Shown here: in pieces, positions 9,107-17,196 of the stretch
Position numbering within the stretch: position 1 is the first letter of the stretch
How the letters are laid out: each line of letters begins with the position of its first letter
IMG/VR virus record: IMGVR_UViG_3300023705_000157
Strand: one strand, 5' to 3'
Origin: an uncultured virus (IMG/VR IMGVR_UViG_3300023705_000157)
Taxonomy: Duplodnaviria; Heunggongvirae; Uroviricota; Caudoviricetes
DNA length: 20,000 bases
Position numbers and translations under genes: made by a program
The notes under the pieces: generated by a model
Databases searched by the model: none
The model's input: only the letters and a program-made list of their open reading frames with translations
What the model was told of the DNA's origin: nothing

Positions 9107-9150
9107 GAAAGGGCATTGTGCGGACATCCGCGCAATGCCCTTTCATTTTT
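9107..9150. terminator. Probably bidirectional terminator between the FtsZ-like gene and yafQ
   Basis: Inverted repeat GAAAGGGCATTGTGCGGA / TCCGCGCAATGCCCTTTC (one G-U pair) between convergent genes. Confidence 0.75.
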
Positions 9151-9167
9151 GAGATAACAAACTGTCA

Positions 9168-9440
9168 TTATTTTCCAAAAATATCTGCATGTGTACCTGT
9201 TCGCGTGAAAATACAGTCCATGCCGCTCAACTTGTACACCAGAAGCCAATCAGGCTCGATATGCAATTCACGGTACGGTTTCCAATCGTTTTTCAGGGGA
9301 TGATCTTTGTATTTGTCAGGAATTGGTGTCTCATCCAGAAGAATTGTAATGACAGCCTTGAGTTGATCCATAGCGTAGCCGCGTTGCTGCGCCTTTCTGA
9401 CATCACGCTTGAACTGTGATGTATAGACGGGATTACGCAT
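9168..9440 (-). CDS. yafQ: YafQ-family (RelE superfamily) mRNA interferase toxin
   Basis: 90 aa with 'FKRDV', 'YKDHPL...W..YRELHIEPDWLLVY' and 'RTGTHADIF'. Confidence 0.92.
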   Translation of the reverse strand: MRNPVYTSQFKRDVRKAQQRGYAMDQLKAVITILLDETPIPDKYKDHPLKNDWKPYRELHIEPDWLLVYKLSGMDCIFTRTGTHADIFGK

Positions 9441-9701
9441 CTATATGCCCAACTGAGAAAAAAGGTCGTCCGCATCCTTGGCCCGGTGCAATTCCTCCCC
9501 CCGCTCGACCTGAGCCATTGTTTGCCGCGTCAACTCGTTGGGAATCTCATTGTCAAAAGGAAGGCGCTTTTCTAGGGCTATCCGTGTCAGCACCATACGG
9601 CAGGCGTCGGACACAGTGAGCCCCAGTGAAGCAAGGACATTGGCCGCCTCAGCCTTGATGGCCGGGTCTATCCGGGCGCGTACATAATCATTGGCGGGCA
9701 T
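9441..9701 (-). CDS. dinJ: DinJ/RelB-family antitoxin
   Basis: 86 aa from the ATG at 9701 with a GGAGG RBS. 'VRARID..IK.EA..VL..LGLTVSDA.R..L..IA.EKRLPF...IPN'. Abuts yafQ. Confidence 0.92.
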   Translation of the reverse strand: MPANDYVRARIDPAIKAEAANVLASLGLTVSDACRMVLTRIALEKRLPFDNEIPNELTRQTMAQVERGEELHRAKDADDLFSQLGI

Positions 9702-9723
9702 GGTGTGCCTCCATGTTTTTGTC

Positions 9724-9754
9724 AGTGTAGCCCAAATGGGCATCACACCACAAG
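9724..9754 (-). promoter_or_regulatory. Putative dinJ-yafQ promoter with palindromic operator
   Basis: Minus strand TTGTGG-18 nt-TACACT, with the inverted repeat GCCCA-TT-TGGGC in the spacer. Confidence 0.5.
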
Positions 9755-9869
9755 GCCGGAACGGGCAGGAAGCGCCCCGAAAAAATAACTTATAATTTCA
9801 AGATATTACAAAAAACAAAGGCGCTAATCTTCTCTAAGGGAAGGTTGCAGCCACAGTAAGGAGGAAACC

Positions 9870-10553
9870 ATGCAGGATACCTGTTCCAGCGACATTACCG
9901 AACTCGCCAAGGCATTGCTCAACGTCCAGCGGCAACTGCAACCAGCCATGAAAGATGCAAACAACCCCTTTACCAAGAGCAGCTATGCCAGCCTGAAAAG
10001 CGTCATGGAGACGTGCCGCGATGCCCTGCTGGACAACGGCATCTGGCTCTGCCAGTACCCTGTGCCTGTGGAAACGCCGGGCTGCATCGGCCTTGCCACC
10101 AAGCTGACCCATGCGGAGTCGGGGCAATGGCAATCTTCTCTGGCTGTCGTACATCTTCCCAAGGCAGACCCGCAGGGCATGGGCAGCGCCATCACCTATG
10201 CCCGCAGGTACACGCTGACAGCCATGCTGGGCATGATCACCGAGGATGACGACGGTGAAGCCGCCAGAATTGACACGAAAGGCCGCACACGCGCCAGAAG
10301 GGCCGCAAATGCCCCTCAGACGAAAAATGCACAGGGCCGACCGGATTTCAAGGCCGCAAACAGCCAGTCAGCCTCGCTTCAAAATCTGCCGCAGCTTGAT
10401 GGCGTCAGCTACCAAATCGTCAAGGCACAGGGAGGACGTGAATGTATCGTCGCCACAGGAAATACCCAGAGCAAGCAGGAAATACTCTCAGGAGCAGGAT
10501 TCAGATGGAATGCTGAGCGTCAAATCTGGTGGAAGTATGCCAATGCTGTATAG
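9870..10553 (+). CDS. erf: ERF-family single-strand annealing protein
   Basis: 'KDANNPFTKSSYASL' and the ERF signature 'QGMGSAITYARRYTLTAMLGM...DDDG'. RBS AAGGAGG. Confidence 0.9.
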   Translation: MQDTCSSDITELAKALLNVQRQLQPAMKDANNPFTKSSYASLKSVMETCRDALLDNGIWLCQYPVPVETPGCIGLATKLTHAESGQWQSSLAVVHLPKADPQGMGSAITYARRYTLTAMLGMITEDDDGEAARIDTKGRTRARRAANAPQTKNAQGRPDFKAANSQSASLQNLPQLDGVSYQIVKAQGGRECIVATGNTQSKQEILSGAGFRWNAERQIWWKYANAV

Positions 10554-10558
10554 CCATT

Positions 10559-10607
10559 CCAGTAGGACTCTACTGGGTAGGGGACTGTCTCAGGACAGTC
10601 CTCTTTC
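10559..10607 (+). terminator. Tandem hairpins after erf (possible terminator/attenuator)
   Basis: CCAGTAG-gact-CTACTGG followed by GGGGACTGTC-tcag-GACAGTCCTC-TTTCT. Confidence 0.5.
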
Positions 10608-10637
10608 TGTTTGCGCCATATCTCAAGGAGATTTTTC

Positions 10638-10880
10638 ATGAATGCCATCATCCCCATCCGATTTTGCGGCATTGACTCCTTTGACAGGGCTGTCTTTGCC
10701 ACCCTCGACGACAAGACCTTCTACAAGACCGTGGAGCTGATGCCTCGTCCATCATGGGCAAGTCTGAGCAGGGAAGAAAGGGACGACTTGCTGCTCACCC
10801 TGCATGACACAGACGGTTTTGACGGCGAACCCGGATGTCCTGTCCCGCCTGACCGTTTTGAAGTTTTGGAGTGCATGTGA
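10638..10880 (+). CDS. Small hypothetical island protein (80 aa)
   Basis: RBS AAGGAG before ATG 10638. The stop overlaps the next start (TGATG). Confidence 0.7.
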   Translation: MNAIIPIRFCGIDSFDRAVFATLDDKTFYKTVELMPRPSWASLSREERDDLLLTLHDTDGFDGEPGCPVPPDRFEVLECM

Positions 10881-12043
10881 TGGATACGCAACGACGCGCA
10901 GACACCCTTTTGGAGGTACTACGCCAAGGGATTCAAATAACAGGAGAAAGGAAAGTACAGGCTATCCTTGGGAATCGTGACACCTACATCGGCATGAGCG
11001 ACATCGGCAGGTATGCCGAATGCCCACGCGCTGCCTTGGCTGCAAAACTGCTCCCGCCTGACACCACCTTGGAACGACTGCTGCCCCTGCAACGCGGGCA
11101 TTGGTTTGAGGATGGCGTGGGACAGTGCCTTATGGGGCTGGGCCTGCATGTGCTGCCGCAACTGGAAATCAGGCACACATTTCAGGGAACGCCCATCAAG
11201 GCGCATCTGGACTTCACCCTAGTCTGGACGCACCCCAAGCCTGCCGTCCGTATCCTTGAAATCAAGAGCATGGCGCAGATTCCCGACAGGCCGTATGACG
11301 CCCATGCGCTTCAGGCGCAGGGGCAGACGGCATTGCTCTGCGAGTCGTGGGACAAGCCGGTTTTCACGTATCGAAACGAAAACGGCACGAAAATGCACGA
11401 AAACGTCACATTCCCGCAACTGTGCCGAAAGCGTTTCGGCATGGAACTGCCGACCAGCCCCCAAGGGGTGTCCGTGGAGGGATGGCTGCTCTGCCTCTCC
11501 ATGAGAGACGCACAGGCTTTTGGCCCCTATGCCTTTGACCGGGATGCGCTGGACCGTGTGCAGTGGACTGCCCGTGACTTCTGGGAGGACATGCAGGCCA
11601 TACGGGCAAACGCGCTTGCCTTGGATGCCGTACCCTATGCGCAGGGCTATCACCCTCTCTGCGCCTGCTGTCGTGTCAATGCCGATTGTCCAAAATTCCC
11701 GCAAGGCGATTTCCAACCGCAATGGGAACCTGCCATTGCCAAACTGGATGCCCTCAAGCAGCGTCGTTCAGCCTTGGATGCGGAAATCAAGGAAGTGGAA
11801 CTGGCCCTCAAGCAGGCCCACAGCCTCTCAGGGACACATGACTGGATCAGCACAGGACAGCACCGTTTCCGCATGTCCGTCACCAATGGACGGCGGATTC
11901 TGGATGAAGCCGCCCTCAAGGAGGAAATGGACGAAATCTGTGCGGTGGAACACATTGACCCGATTGACATCATCGCCATGCTGCGCAGCCATGAACGTGA
12001 AGGCATGCCGTCAGCAAGGCTTACAGTGGCACATCTCAACTGA
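10880..12043 (+). CDS. PD-(D/E)XK exonuclease, Cas4/AddB/YqaJ-like with probable Fe-S cysteines
   Basis: 'IGMSDIG...ECPR', 'RGHWFED', 'HLDF', 'LEIKS' and C-terminal 'CACCRVNADCP'. Near ERF. Confidence 0.75.
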   Translation: MDTQRRADTLLEVLRQGIQITGERKVQAILGNRDTYIGMSDIGRYAECPRAALAAKLLPPDTTLERLLPLQRGHWFEDGVGQCLMGLGLHVLPQLEIRHTFQGTPIKAHLDFTLVWTHPKPAVRILEIKSMAQIPDRPYDAHALQAQGQTALLCESWDKPVFTYRNENGTKMHENVTFPQLCRKRFGMELPTSPQGVSVEGWLLCLSMRDAQAFGPYAFDRDALDRVQWTARDFWEDMQAIRANALALDAVPYAQGYHPLCACCRVNADCPKFPQGDFQPQWEPAIAKLDALKQRRSALDAEIKEVELALKQAHSLSGTHDWISTGQHRFRMSVTNGRRILDEAALKEEMDEICAVEHIDPIDIIAMLRSHEREGMPSARLTVAHLN

Positions 12044-12060
12044 CAAAAGGGGAAATCATC

Positions 12061-12444
12061 ATGGGGTACCGTTCTGATGTTGGACTGGCACTGACCAAGA
12101 AAGGCGTAGAAACTCTCAATGCAAAATTGGCTGAGGAGAGTGTCAGTGAAGACTTGCGGGAAAGTGTCAAGAGGCTCTTGTCCCATACCGACGAGCATTA
12201 CTCGGATGCCGTCAGCGGCGCTGAAGTCTGGTATTGGGAAAGGATCAAATGGTACGATTGCTATCCATTTGGCTACCAGAACATTTGCTTCATTATGGAT
12301 GCTGTAAGAGAATTGGATGATGAAGACTATCGTTTTATCCGCATTGGTGAAAAATACGATGACACTGAAGTGTCTGGCGGGTTCTGGGAAAATCCCTTTG
12401 ACTTTGAACTTACAAGGGGGATGACGCTTTCTGCGCCTGCATAG
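12061..12444 (+). CDS. Hypothetical protein (MGYRSDV..., acidic/aromatic)
   Basis: 127 aa ORF with RBS AAGGGG, co-oriented with the island operon. Confidence 0.75.
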   Translation: MGYRSDVGLALTKKGVETLNAKLAEESVSEDLRESVKRLLSHTDEHYSDAVSGAEVWYWERIKWYDCYPFGYQNICFIMDAVRELDDEDYRFIRIGEKYDDTEVSGGFWENPFDFELTRGMTLSAPA

Positions 12445-12446
12445 CT

Positions 12447-12725
12447 CTATTCTGGTGGATACTGCTGCGCAGCGTGAAGAATACTGAGGATTTGGATGCT
12501 GTCACCTGCAATTCGATACACAACAATATAATTGGGATGCGCGATAAGCTCCCTTGTCTTGGCAACCCTGCCTAATCTTCCTTTATAGGGAAATACTGCA
12601 AGGCTGTTGCCAGATTTGCGCAATAGCCTGTCCATATCAACAGCAGCTTGCAGATTGTCATCCGCGATAAAATCAAAAATTGCGGCAAGGTCTGCTTCTG
12701 CCATTGGCGTCCAAAGGACAACCAT
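12447..12725 (-). CDS. RelE/ParE-family toxin
   Basis: 'WTPMAEADL..IFDFIA.DN..AA', 'P.KGRLGRV..TREL....NYIVVYR' and 'ILSILHAAQQYP'. Confidence 0.9.
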   Translation of the reverse strand: MVVLWTPMAEADLAAIFDFIADDNLQAAVDMDRLLRKSGNSLAVFPYKGRLGRVAKTRELIAHPNYIVVYRIAGDSIQILSILHAAQQYPPE

Positions 12726-12928
12726 CAGCCCAATGCTCCCCGCTGTTCAAGAGCTTGCCTGATTCTGGCTTCAGCACGTTCATCGACCTCTTGGCCGGAC
12801 AAAAGCTGTCCTGCATCCGCAGCAATAATACTCCGCTCAACCTTGCGCCTGAACCAAGCCTCATAGGCAGGGTCGGTCGCAGGCATGGCTTCCTGCTGTT
12901 CTTCCAAGGTTTCCTGTACCTGGGCCAT
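12725..12928 (-). CDS. Cognate antitoxin of the RelE/ParE toxin
   Basis: 67 aa, acidic, with 'AYEAWFRRKVE..I..A.AG.L....EV'. TGATG coupling to the toxin. RBS GGAGG. Confidence 0.8.
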   Translation of the reverse strand: MAQVQETLEEQQEAMPATDPAYEAWFRRKVERSIIAADAGQLLSGQEVDERAEARIRQALEQRGALG

Positions 12929-12949
12929 AATAGTTCCCTCCGTTTGGAA

Positions 12950-12994
12950 ACTCTACCCGGCGGGTGGTCTCCTGTCAAAGGAGGCCATCCGTCG
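12950..12994 (-). promoter_or_regulatory. Sigma70 promoter of the ParE-type TA operon inside a 16 bp imperfect inverted repeat
   Basis: Minus strand TTGACA (12973-12978), 17 nt, TAGAGT (12950-12955). IR arms CGGCGGGTGGTCTCCT / AGGAGGCCATCCGTCG are centred on the -35. Confidence 0.7.
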
Positions 12995-13100
12995 AGGGAA
13001 ATGGATTTTAAAAACTATGCAACATTCTGTAATATAAAATAGTTACATCTATTCTATGAGTATATTGCTTATATTAATAAAAGAGTTTGAGGCTGATGAA

Positions 13101-13336
13101 ATGGCATTGACCAAAAAGCATATTGATATTGTTACTAAAATTTGTGATTCACGGAAAGAAGGTAAGCGTACATCCTATCTTGCAAAAACTACATTTTTCG
13201 ACGGGAGACGATACTATACAAATATGCAATAGGCTATTCCCGTCAAGAGGCTGGAGAAAAATCATTAACTAAGGCTATCGAAGATTCTGGACTATCGATT
13301 GACGATGTGGCTGAAAATATATCATTTTGTGCATAA
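13101..13336 (+). pseudogene. AT-rich broken ORF (frameshift or internal deletion)
   Basis: MALTKKHIDIVTKICDSRKEGKRTSYLAKTTFFDG stops at 13232. A second frame (..TILYKYAIGYSRQEAGEKSLTKAIEDSGLSIDDVAENISFCA*) ends at 13336, just before a terminator. Confidence 0.5.
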
Positions 13337-13339
13337 CTT

Positions 13340-13376
13340 GCATAGACAATCTCCTAAAAATGGAGATTGTCTATGC
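13340..13376. terminator. Inverted repeat between convergent genes (probable bidirectional terminator)
   Basis: Perfect 15 bp arms GCATAGACAATCTCC / GGAGATTGTCTATGC with a 7 nt loop. Confidence 0.75.
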
Positions 13377-13377
13377 T

Positions 13378-13650
13378 TCATGCTGATTCACGAATAGTTT
13401 TCTGGACATGTTTCCGTAGTGCAGCATTTATTGCAGTTTGATATTTTTCGTGATGCTGCTTAAACCATTCAAGAACGTCTTTATCTATTCTCAATGTTAC
13501 GTGCTGTTTAGTAGGACGATAAAAACGTCCACGCTCTGCATTTGACCAATCCAATATTTCTGGAATGTCAGAAAAATCTATTTCGCTGTCATCCATCTGC
13601 CTTAATGCCATAACCTGCTCTTCCAGAGTTGGCATATTACCCTTCTTCAT
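13378..13650 (-). CDS. brnA: BrnA-family antitoxin
   Basis: 'DSEIDFSDIPE...W..A.RG.FYRP.KQ.VTLRIDKDVLEWFK.....YQT.IN.ALR'. RBS AAGGAG before ATG 13650. Confidence 0.92.
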   Translation of the reverse strand: MKKGNMPTLEEQVMALRQMDDSEIDFSDIPEILDWSNAERGRFYRPTKQHVTLRIDKDVLEWFKQHHEKYQTAINAALRKHVQKTIRESA

Positions 13651-13918
13651 AGTGTCTCCTTTCATGGGATGATGCCTGACGTGCTGAAATAATCCGTATT
13701 ATTTCTTTTCCGTCATGGTTTCTGTAGGTATGTACAACAACTAATAAAGGTAAGTTCTGAAATTTCCCTACAGCGTGCCACCGTTCTTCTCCATCTATAA
13801 CACGGTCAAAAACATAGATGGCAAGTGGGTCATCGAAAACCTTGCTGGCAATTTCAAAGCTGATGCCGTGTTTGACGTAGTTTGCGTGGTTTTTTGCTTC
13901 ATCCCATTCAAATTTCAT
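13637..13918 (-). CDS. brnT: BrnT-family ribonuclease toxin
   Basis: 'MKFEWDEAKN..N..KHGISF..A..VFDDP...GEERW..VG...LVVVHT.R...IRIISAR.A...ERRHY'. True start is 13918. Confidence 0.93.
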   Translation of the reverse strand: MKFEWDEAKNHANYVKHGISFEIASKVFDDPLAIYVFDRVIDGEERWHAVGKFQNLPLLVVVHTYRNHDGKEIIRIISARQASSHERRHYEEG

Positions 13919-13924
13919 ACATAA

Positions 13925-13953
13925 AAAGTATGCACAATTTTGTGCTTTGTCAA
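13925..13953 (-). promoter_or_regulatory. brnTA promoter with operator; probably a leaderless mRNA
   Basis: Minus strand TTGACA-17 nt-TACTTT, with the ATG only 6 nt after the -10. Palindrome GCACAA-TT-TTGTGC (13932-13945) lies in the spacer. Confidence 0.75.
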
Positions 13954-13988
13954 TGCCCGGCATTCGGGCAAAACCACAAGGAGCGACT

Positions 13989-15317
13989 ATGGACACGATT
14001 ACTGAACTCGCCAACCTCAACCCCGTCGCGCTGGATTCAGGGCAGGTCTTCAGCGGCAGGCCATCCGGCAAGGAAATCATGGGCTATGCCAAGCCCTCTG
14101 CCTACACGCCCGCCATCGACCCGGACTACATTTTCCACGAGAGCAGCCGGGATGTCATCGTCTGGCTGAGGAAGCCCACCGACCCCCTGTATGTCTTTGG
14201 GCCAGTTGGCGCGGGTAAGACGAGCCTCATCAAGCAACTGGCGGCACGGCTCAACTATCCCGTGTTTGAAATCGCCGGGCATGGGAGGCTGGAATTTGCC
14301 GACCTCGCAGGACACCTCACCGTGCAGAACGGCAGCATGGCCTTTGAGTATGGGCCACTTGCGCTTGCCATGCGATACGGCGGGATTCTGCTGTTCAACG
14401 AAATCGACCTGACCTCGCCGGAAGTCGCTGCGGGCCTCAACAGCGTGCTGGACGGATCACCGTTGTGCATCGCTGAGAATGGCGGAGAACTCATCACCCC
14501 GCATCCCCTGTTCCGTTTCGTCGCCACCGCCAACACCAACGGCGGTGGTGACGAGACAGGGCTGTACCAAGGAACGCAGAGGCAAAATCTGGCCTTCGCT
14601 GACAGATTCATCCTCTGCGAAATCGGCTATCCATCCTCGGATATTGAGCAGCGACTTTTGCAGCAGCGATTCCCCTCCCTGCCAAAGAAGCTGTGCCGGA
14701 CGATGGTGGACTACGCCAATGAAGTCCGCAAGCTCTTCATGGGTGAAAGCTCCACGGACAACATCAGCAACACCATAGAAGTCACATTCTCCACACGCAG
14801 TTTGCTCAGATGGGCAGACCTGACCGTGCGTTTCCAACCGCTGGCGCATCAGGGCATCCAGCCCGTGACCTATGCCCTTGACCGGGCGCTGGCATTCCGT
14901 GCTTCCCGCGAAACCAGAGCCATGCTGCATGAACTGGCGCAACGGCATTTCCCGCAGCAGTTCACGCCTGATGAAAATGCCGTAACGAGCTACAACGGAC
15001 TGATACATGGGGATGAGGCCGTGACGCTGATCAGGCAAAGGCTGGGTAGTGAAAAGGACTACTTAAAACCACACCGTATCTGCCTGTCCAAAACCTACAT
15101 CACCCCGGAAGGAGAGGAACGGACAAAACTGTGGACTGCGGAAAGCAACAAATCCGGCTTGATCCTCAGCTGGGGACGTGAGGATCAACCGCAGCAACAG
15201 AAGTATTTTCCTTCTGTGGAATGCGAGAAGCTCAATCCCATCACGGACATGATGACCCGTGCGGAGAAGAAAATCCGAGAGGGATACAGCCTTATCAACA
15301 ATAAATCTTTCCTATAG
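13989..15317 (+). CDS. MoxR/CbbQ/CobS-like AAA+ ATPase with C-terminal WGR-like domain
   Basis: Walker A GPVGAGKTS, Walker B variant LLFNEID, 'FRFVATANT', 'NLAFADRF' and 'FSTRSL'. C-terminal 'LSWGR...QQQKYF...AEKKIREGY'. RBS AAGGAG before ATG 13989. Confidence 0.88.
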   Translation: MDTITELANLNPVALDSGQVFSGRPSGKEIMGYAKPSAYTPAIDPDYIFHESSRDVIVWLRKPTDPLYVFGPVGAGKTSLIKQLAARLNYPVFEIAGHGRLEFADLAGHLTVQNGSMAFEYGPLALAMRYGGILLFNEIDLTSPEVAAGLNSVLDGSPLCIAENGGELITPHPLFRFVATANTNGGGDETGLYQGTQRQNLAFADRFILCEIGYPSSDIEQRLLQQRFPSLPKKLCRTMVDYANEVRKLFMGESSTDNISNTIEVTFSTRSLLRWADLTVRFQPLAHQGIQPVTYALDRALAFRASRETRAMLHELAQRHFPQQFTPDENAVTSYNGLIHGDEAVTLIRQRLGSEKDYLKPHRICLSKTYITPEGEERTKLWTAESNKSGLILSWGREDQPQQQKYFPSVECEKLNPITDMMTRAEKKIREGYSLINNKSFL

Positions 15318-15325
15318 GAGGAACT

Positions 15326-16006
15326 ATGATTCACACCATCATCGTCAATGCTTCGCGGTTTTCTCAGGCTGTCAAGGATGCGACATTCTACACCCGCAAG
15401 GAAAGCTCCACGACAGAAGCCATGAGCCATGTCCTGCTGACATGCCTGCCCACAGAAAAGAGGCTGGCTGTCATTGGCTGCGACGAACACGGCTATTATG
15501 AGCGCAGGCTTGCCCTGTACCACGGTGAGAACGACCCCATGCCGTCATTGCCGGGAGAGAGGCAGCGACTCTGCATCTCCGCGAAGGACGCCGCCATGCT
15601 TGTGAAATTCCTTGCCGTGCGCTCCATCGGCTGCGTCACGTTGCAGGTGGACGACGAAAGGAAGGTTAACGGCAACTACCTTGTCACCCTGATGATTCCT
15701 GATGTCGCTTCCACCTTCTTCTGCACCCCGGCAGACCTCGAAGTGCCTGAATACAGCGGATTTGTGAACAAGGCCGAGGCCGGCAAGGAGCATGAGCCTG
15801 AACTTTGTAACGTGAACATGCCCGTCCACGAAATGATCCGTGCAGGCAAGGTGTTCCCCAAGAAGAGCGGTTCTGTCGTCCGAGTCTTCACATCTCCGGG
15901 GTATCACGGAGGCCACATGGCCCTGCTGGAATATCAGGATGCCTGTGAGGACGTGGACATCCGCGTCATCTTCATGTTCGCGCGGGACGAGGCAGAAGCC
16001 GCATAA
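15326..16006 (+). CDS. Hypothetical protein with distant DNA polymerase III beta-clamp (DnaN central domain)-like motifs
   Basis: RBS AGGAGG. By eye, 'FSQAVKDATFYT.KE....AMSHVLL....RLAVIGCDEHGY', 'CISAKDAAMLVKFL' and 'VPEYSGFV' parallel DnaN domain II motifs. Confidence 0.6.
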   Translation: MIHTIIVNASRFSQAVKDATFYTRKESSTTEAMSHVLLTCLPTEKRLAVIGCDEHGYYERRLALYHGENDPMPSLPGERQRLCISAKDAAMLVKFLAVRSIGCVTLQVDDERKVNGNYLVTLMIPDVASTFFCTPADLEVPEYSGFVNKAEAGKEHEPELCNVNMPVHEMIRAGKVFPKKSGSVVRVFTSPGYHGGHMALLEYQDACEDVDIRVIFMFARDEAEAA

Positions 16007-16027
16007 ATACACAAGAGGAGTTCCACC

Positions 16028-17068
16028 ATGCAAAATATACAATCCGACATCACCATTCTGGACAACCTGCTGGCCCTCAATCTGGACATCTCCCTGTGGT
16101 CAGCCAGAAAGAAAATGACGGTCGAGGACATGGGCGGCGCGCAACTGCCGCCTGAAGACCTTGCCTCTCTCGGTTCCAAACGGATAGCCGACCCTGAATC
16201 CCTCAAGGTGTTCTCCACCCTGAAATCCCGTGCCTTCTGCTACCTTGACAGGCAGGGAGTGCGTTTCATGTCCGGCTGGGCCATCCCTGAAGACAAAGCC
16301 GGGGACATCGTACAGGAGCTTATGAGCATCCGCAGGGAGTTCCTGAAGGCCAAGGAGGACTTCCTTGCCGACTACGACCAGAACATCCAGACGTGGATTG
16401 ACAGGCATAGCCAGTGGGCCGAGATCATCCGCAGTTCCACGGTTGGCCCTGACTATGTTCGCGCCCGGATGTCCTTCAAATGGCAGATGTTCAAGGTAGC
16501 CCCCTTGCAGAGCCACGCCGATCAGGCTGCGGTGCTGGAAGCCGGTCTGGCTGAGGAAGTGACCGGGCTTGGGTCCACGCTCTTTGGCGAGGTGGCCCAT
16601 GACGCCGAGGACATGTGGAAGCGCGTTTACATGGGCAAGAACGAGGTGACGCACAGGGCGCTCTCGCCCCTGAAGACCCTCCATGCCAAGCTGACGGGCC
16701 TTTCCTTCGTGGAACCGCATGTGGCCCCTGTGGCCGACATCATCATGTCAGCCCTGAATCGGATGCCCAGGCGCGGCAACATCAACGGCCCCGACCTGCT
16801 CATGCTGCAAGGGCTGGTCTGCCTGCTAAAGGACAGTGACACCCTGATTGCCCATGCCCAATCCCTGATTATGGGCAATTCCGCTGACTCGGTGCTGGAT
16901 TCCCTTCTGCCTGTCACGCCCACATTGTCCACGGATGCTGCCCAAATGGACAATCCGGCAACGCATGTGGATACACTTCTGGACAATGCAAACGACGATG
17001 CGCCTGTGCTGCCGGACATTCTGCCGCAGGCTCCCAGCCCGGAAATTCCGAGCTATGGGCTGTGGTGA
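16028..17068 (+). CDS. DUF3150-family protein
   Basis: 'LDISLWSARKK...LPPEDLASLGSKRIADPE.LK.F..LK.RA...L...GVRF..GWAIPE'. Sits between AAA and VWA-type genes, as in ICE backbones. Confidence 0.85.
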   Translation: MQNIQSDITILDNLLALNLDISLWSARKKMTVEDMGGAQLPPEDLASLGSKRIADPESLKVFSTLKSRAFCYLDRQGVRFMSGWAIPEDKAGDIVQELMSIRREFLKAKEDFLADYDQNIQTWIDRHSQWAEIIRSSTVGPDYVRARMSFKWQMFKVAPLQSHADQAAVLEAGLAEEVTGLGSTLFGEVAHDAEDMWKRVYMGKNEVTHRALSPLKTLHAKLTGLSFVEPHVAPVADIIMSALNRMPRRGNINGPDLLMLQGLVCLLKDSDTLIAHAQSLIMGNSADSVLDSLLPVTPTLSTDAAQMDNPATHVDTLLDNANDDAPVLPDILPQAPSPEIPSYGLW

Positions 17069-17073
17069 AAACC

Positions 17074-17196
17074 ATGTCAGCCCACATCAGAAACAGGGAT
17101 GTGCTGCGCTGCCTGCCCCTGCTGGCCTCCGTGCTGGGCGACCAGTATGGCGTGGAGGTGCGCATTGGCGGCGACAGGGCCGCCACCAATGGCAGG
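17074..17196 (+). pseudogene. N-terminal ~40 codons of a CobT-like/VWA-domain protein, truncated
   Basis: 'LPLLASVLGDQYGVEVRIGGDRAATNG' is the typical N-terminus of the VWA partner following DUF3150. The rest of the ORF is antisense of a different gene. Confidence 0.75.

Larger units (their letters stand above)
8454..17195 (+). mobile_element. Remnant of a tRNA-associated integrative island (ERF-exonuclease-AAA-DUF3150-VWA backbone) carrying three TA modules
   Basis: Begins right after the tRNA 3' end. Gene order resembles the recombination/cobS region of SXT/R391-type ICEs. No integrase in the window. Confidence 0.65.

Noticed and set aside
9168..13953. TA modules as integron cassettes
   Set aside because: The flanking hairpins lack recognisable RYYYAAC...GTTRRRY attC ends and no integron integrase is present.
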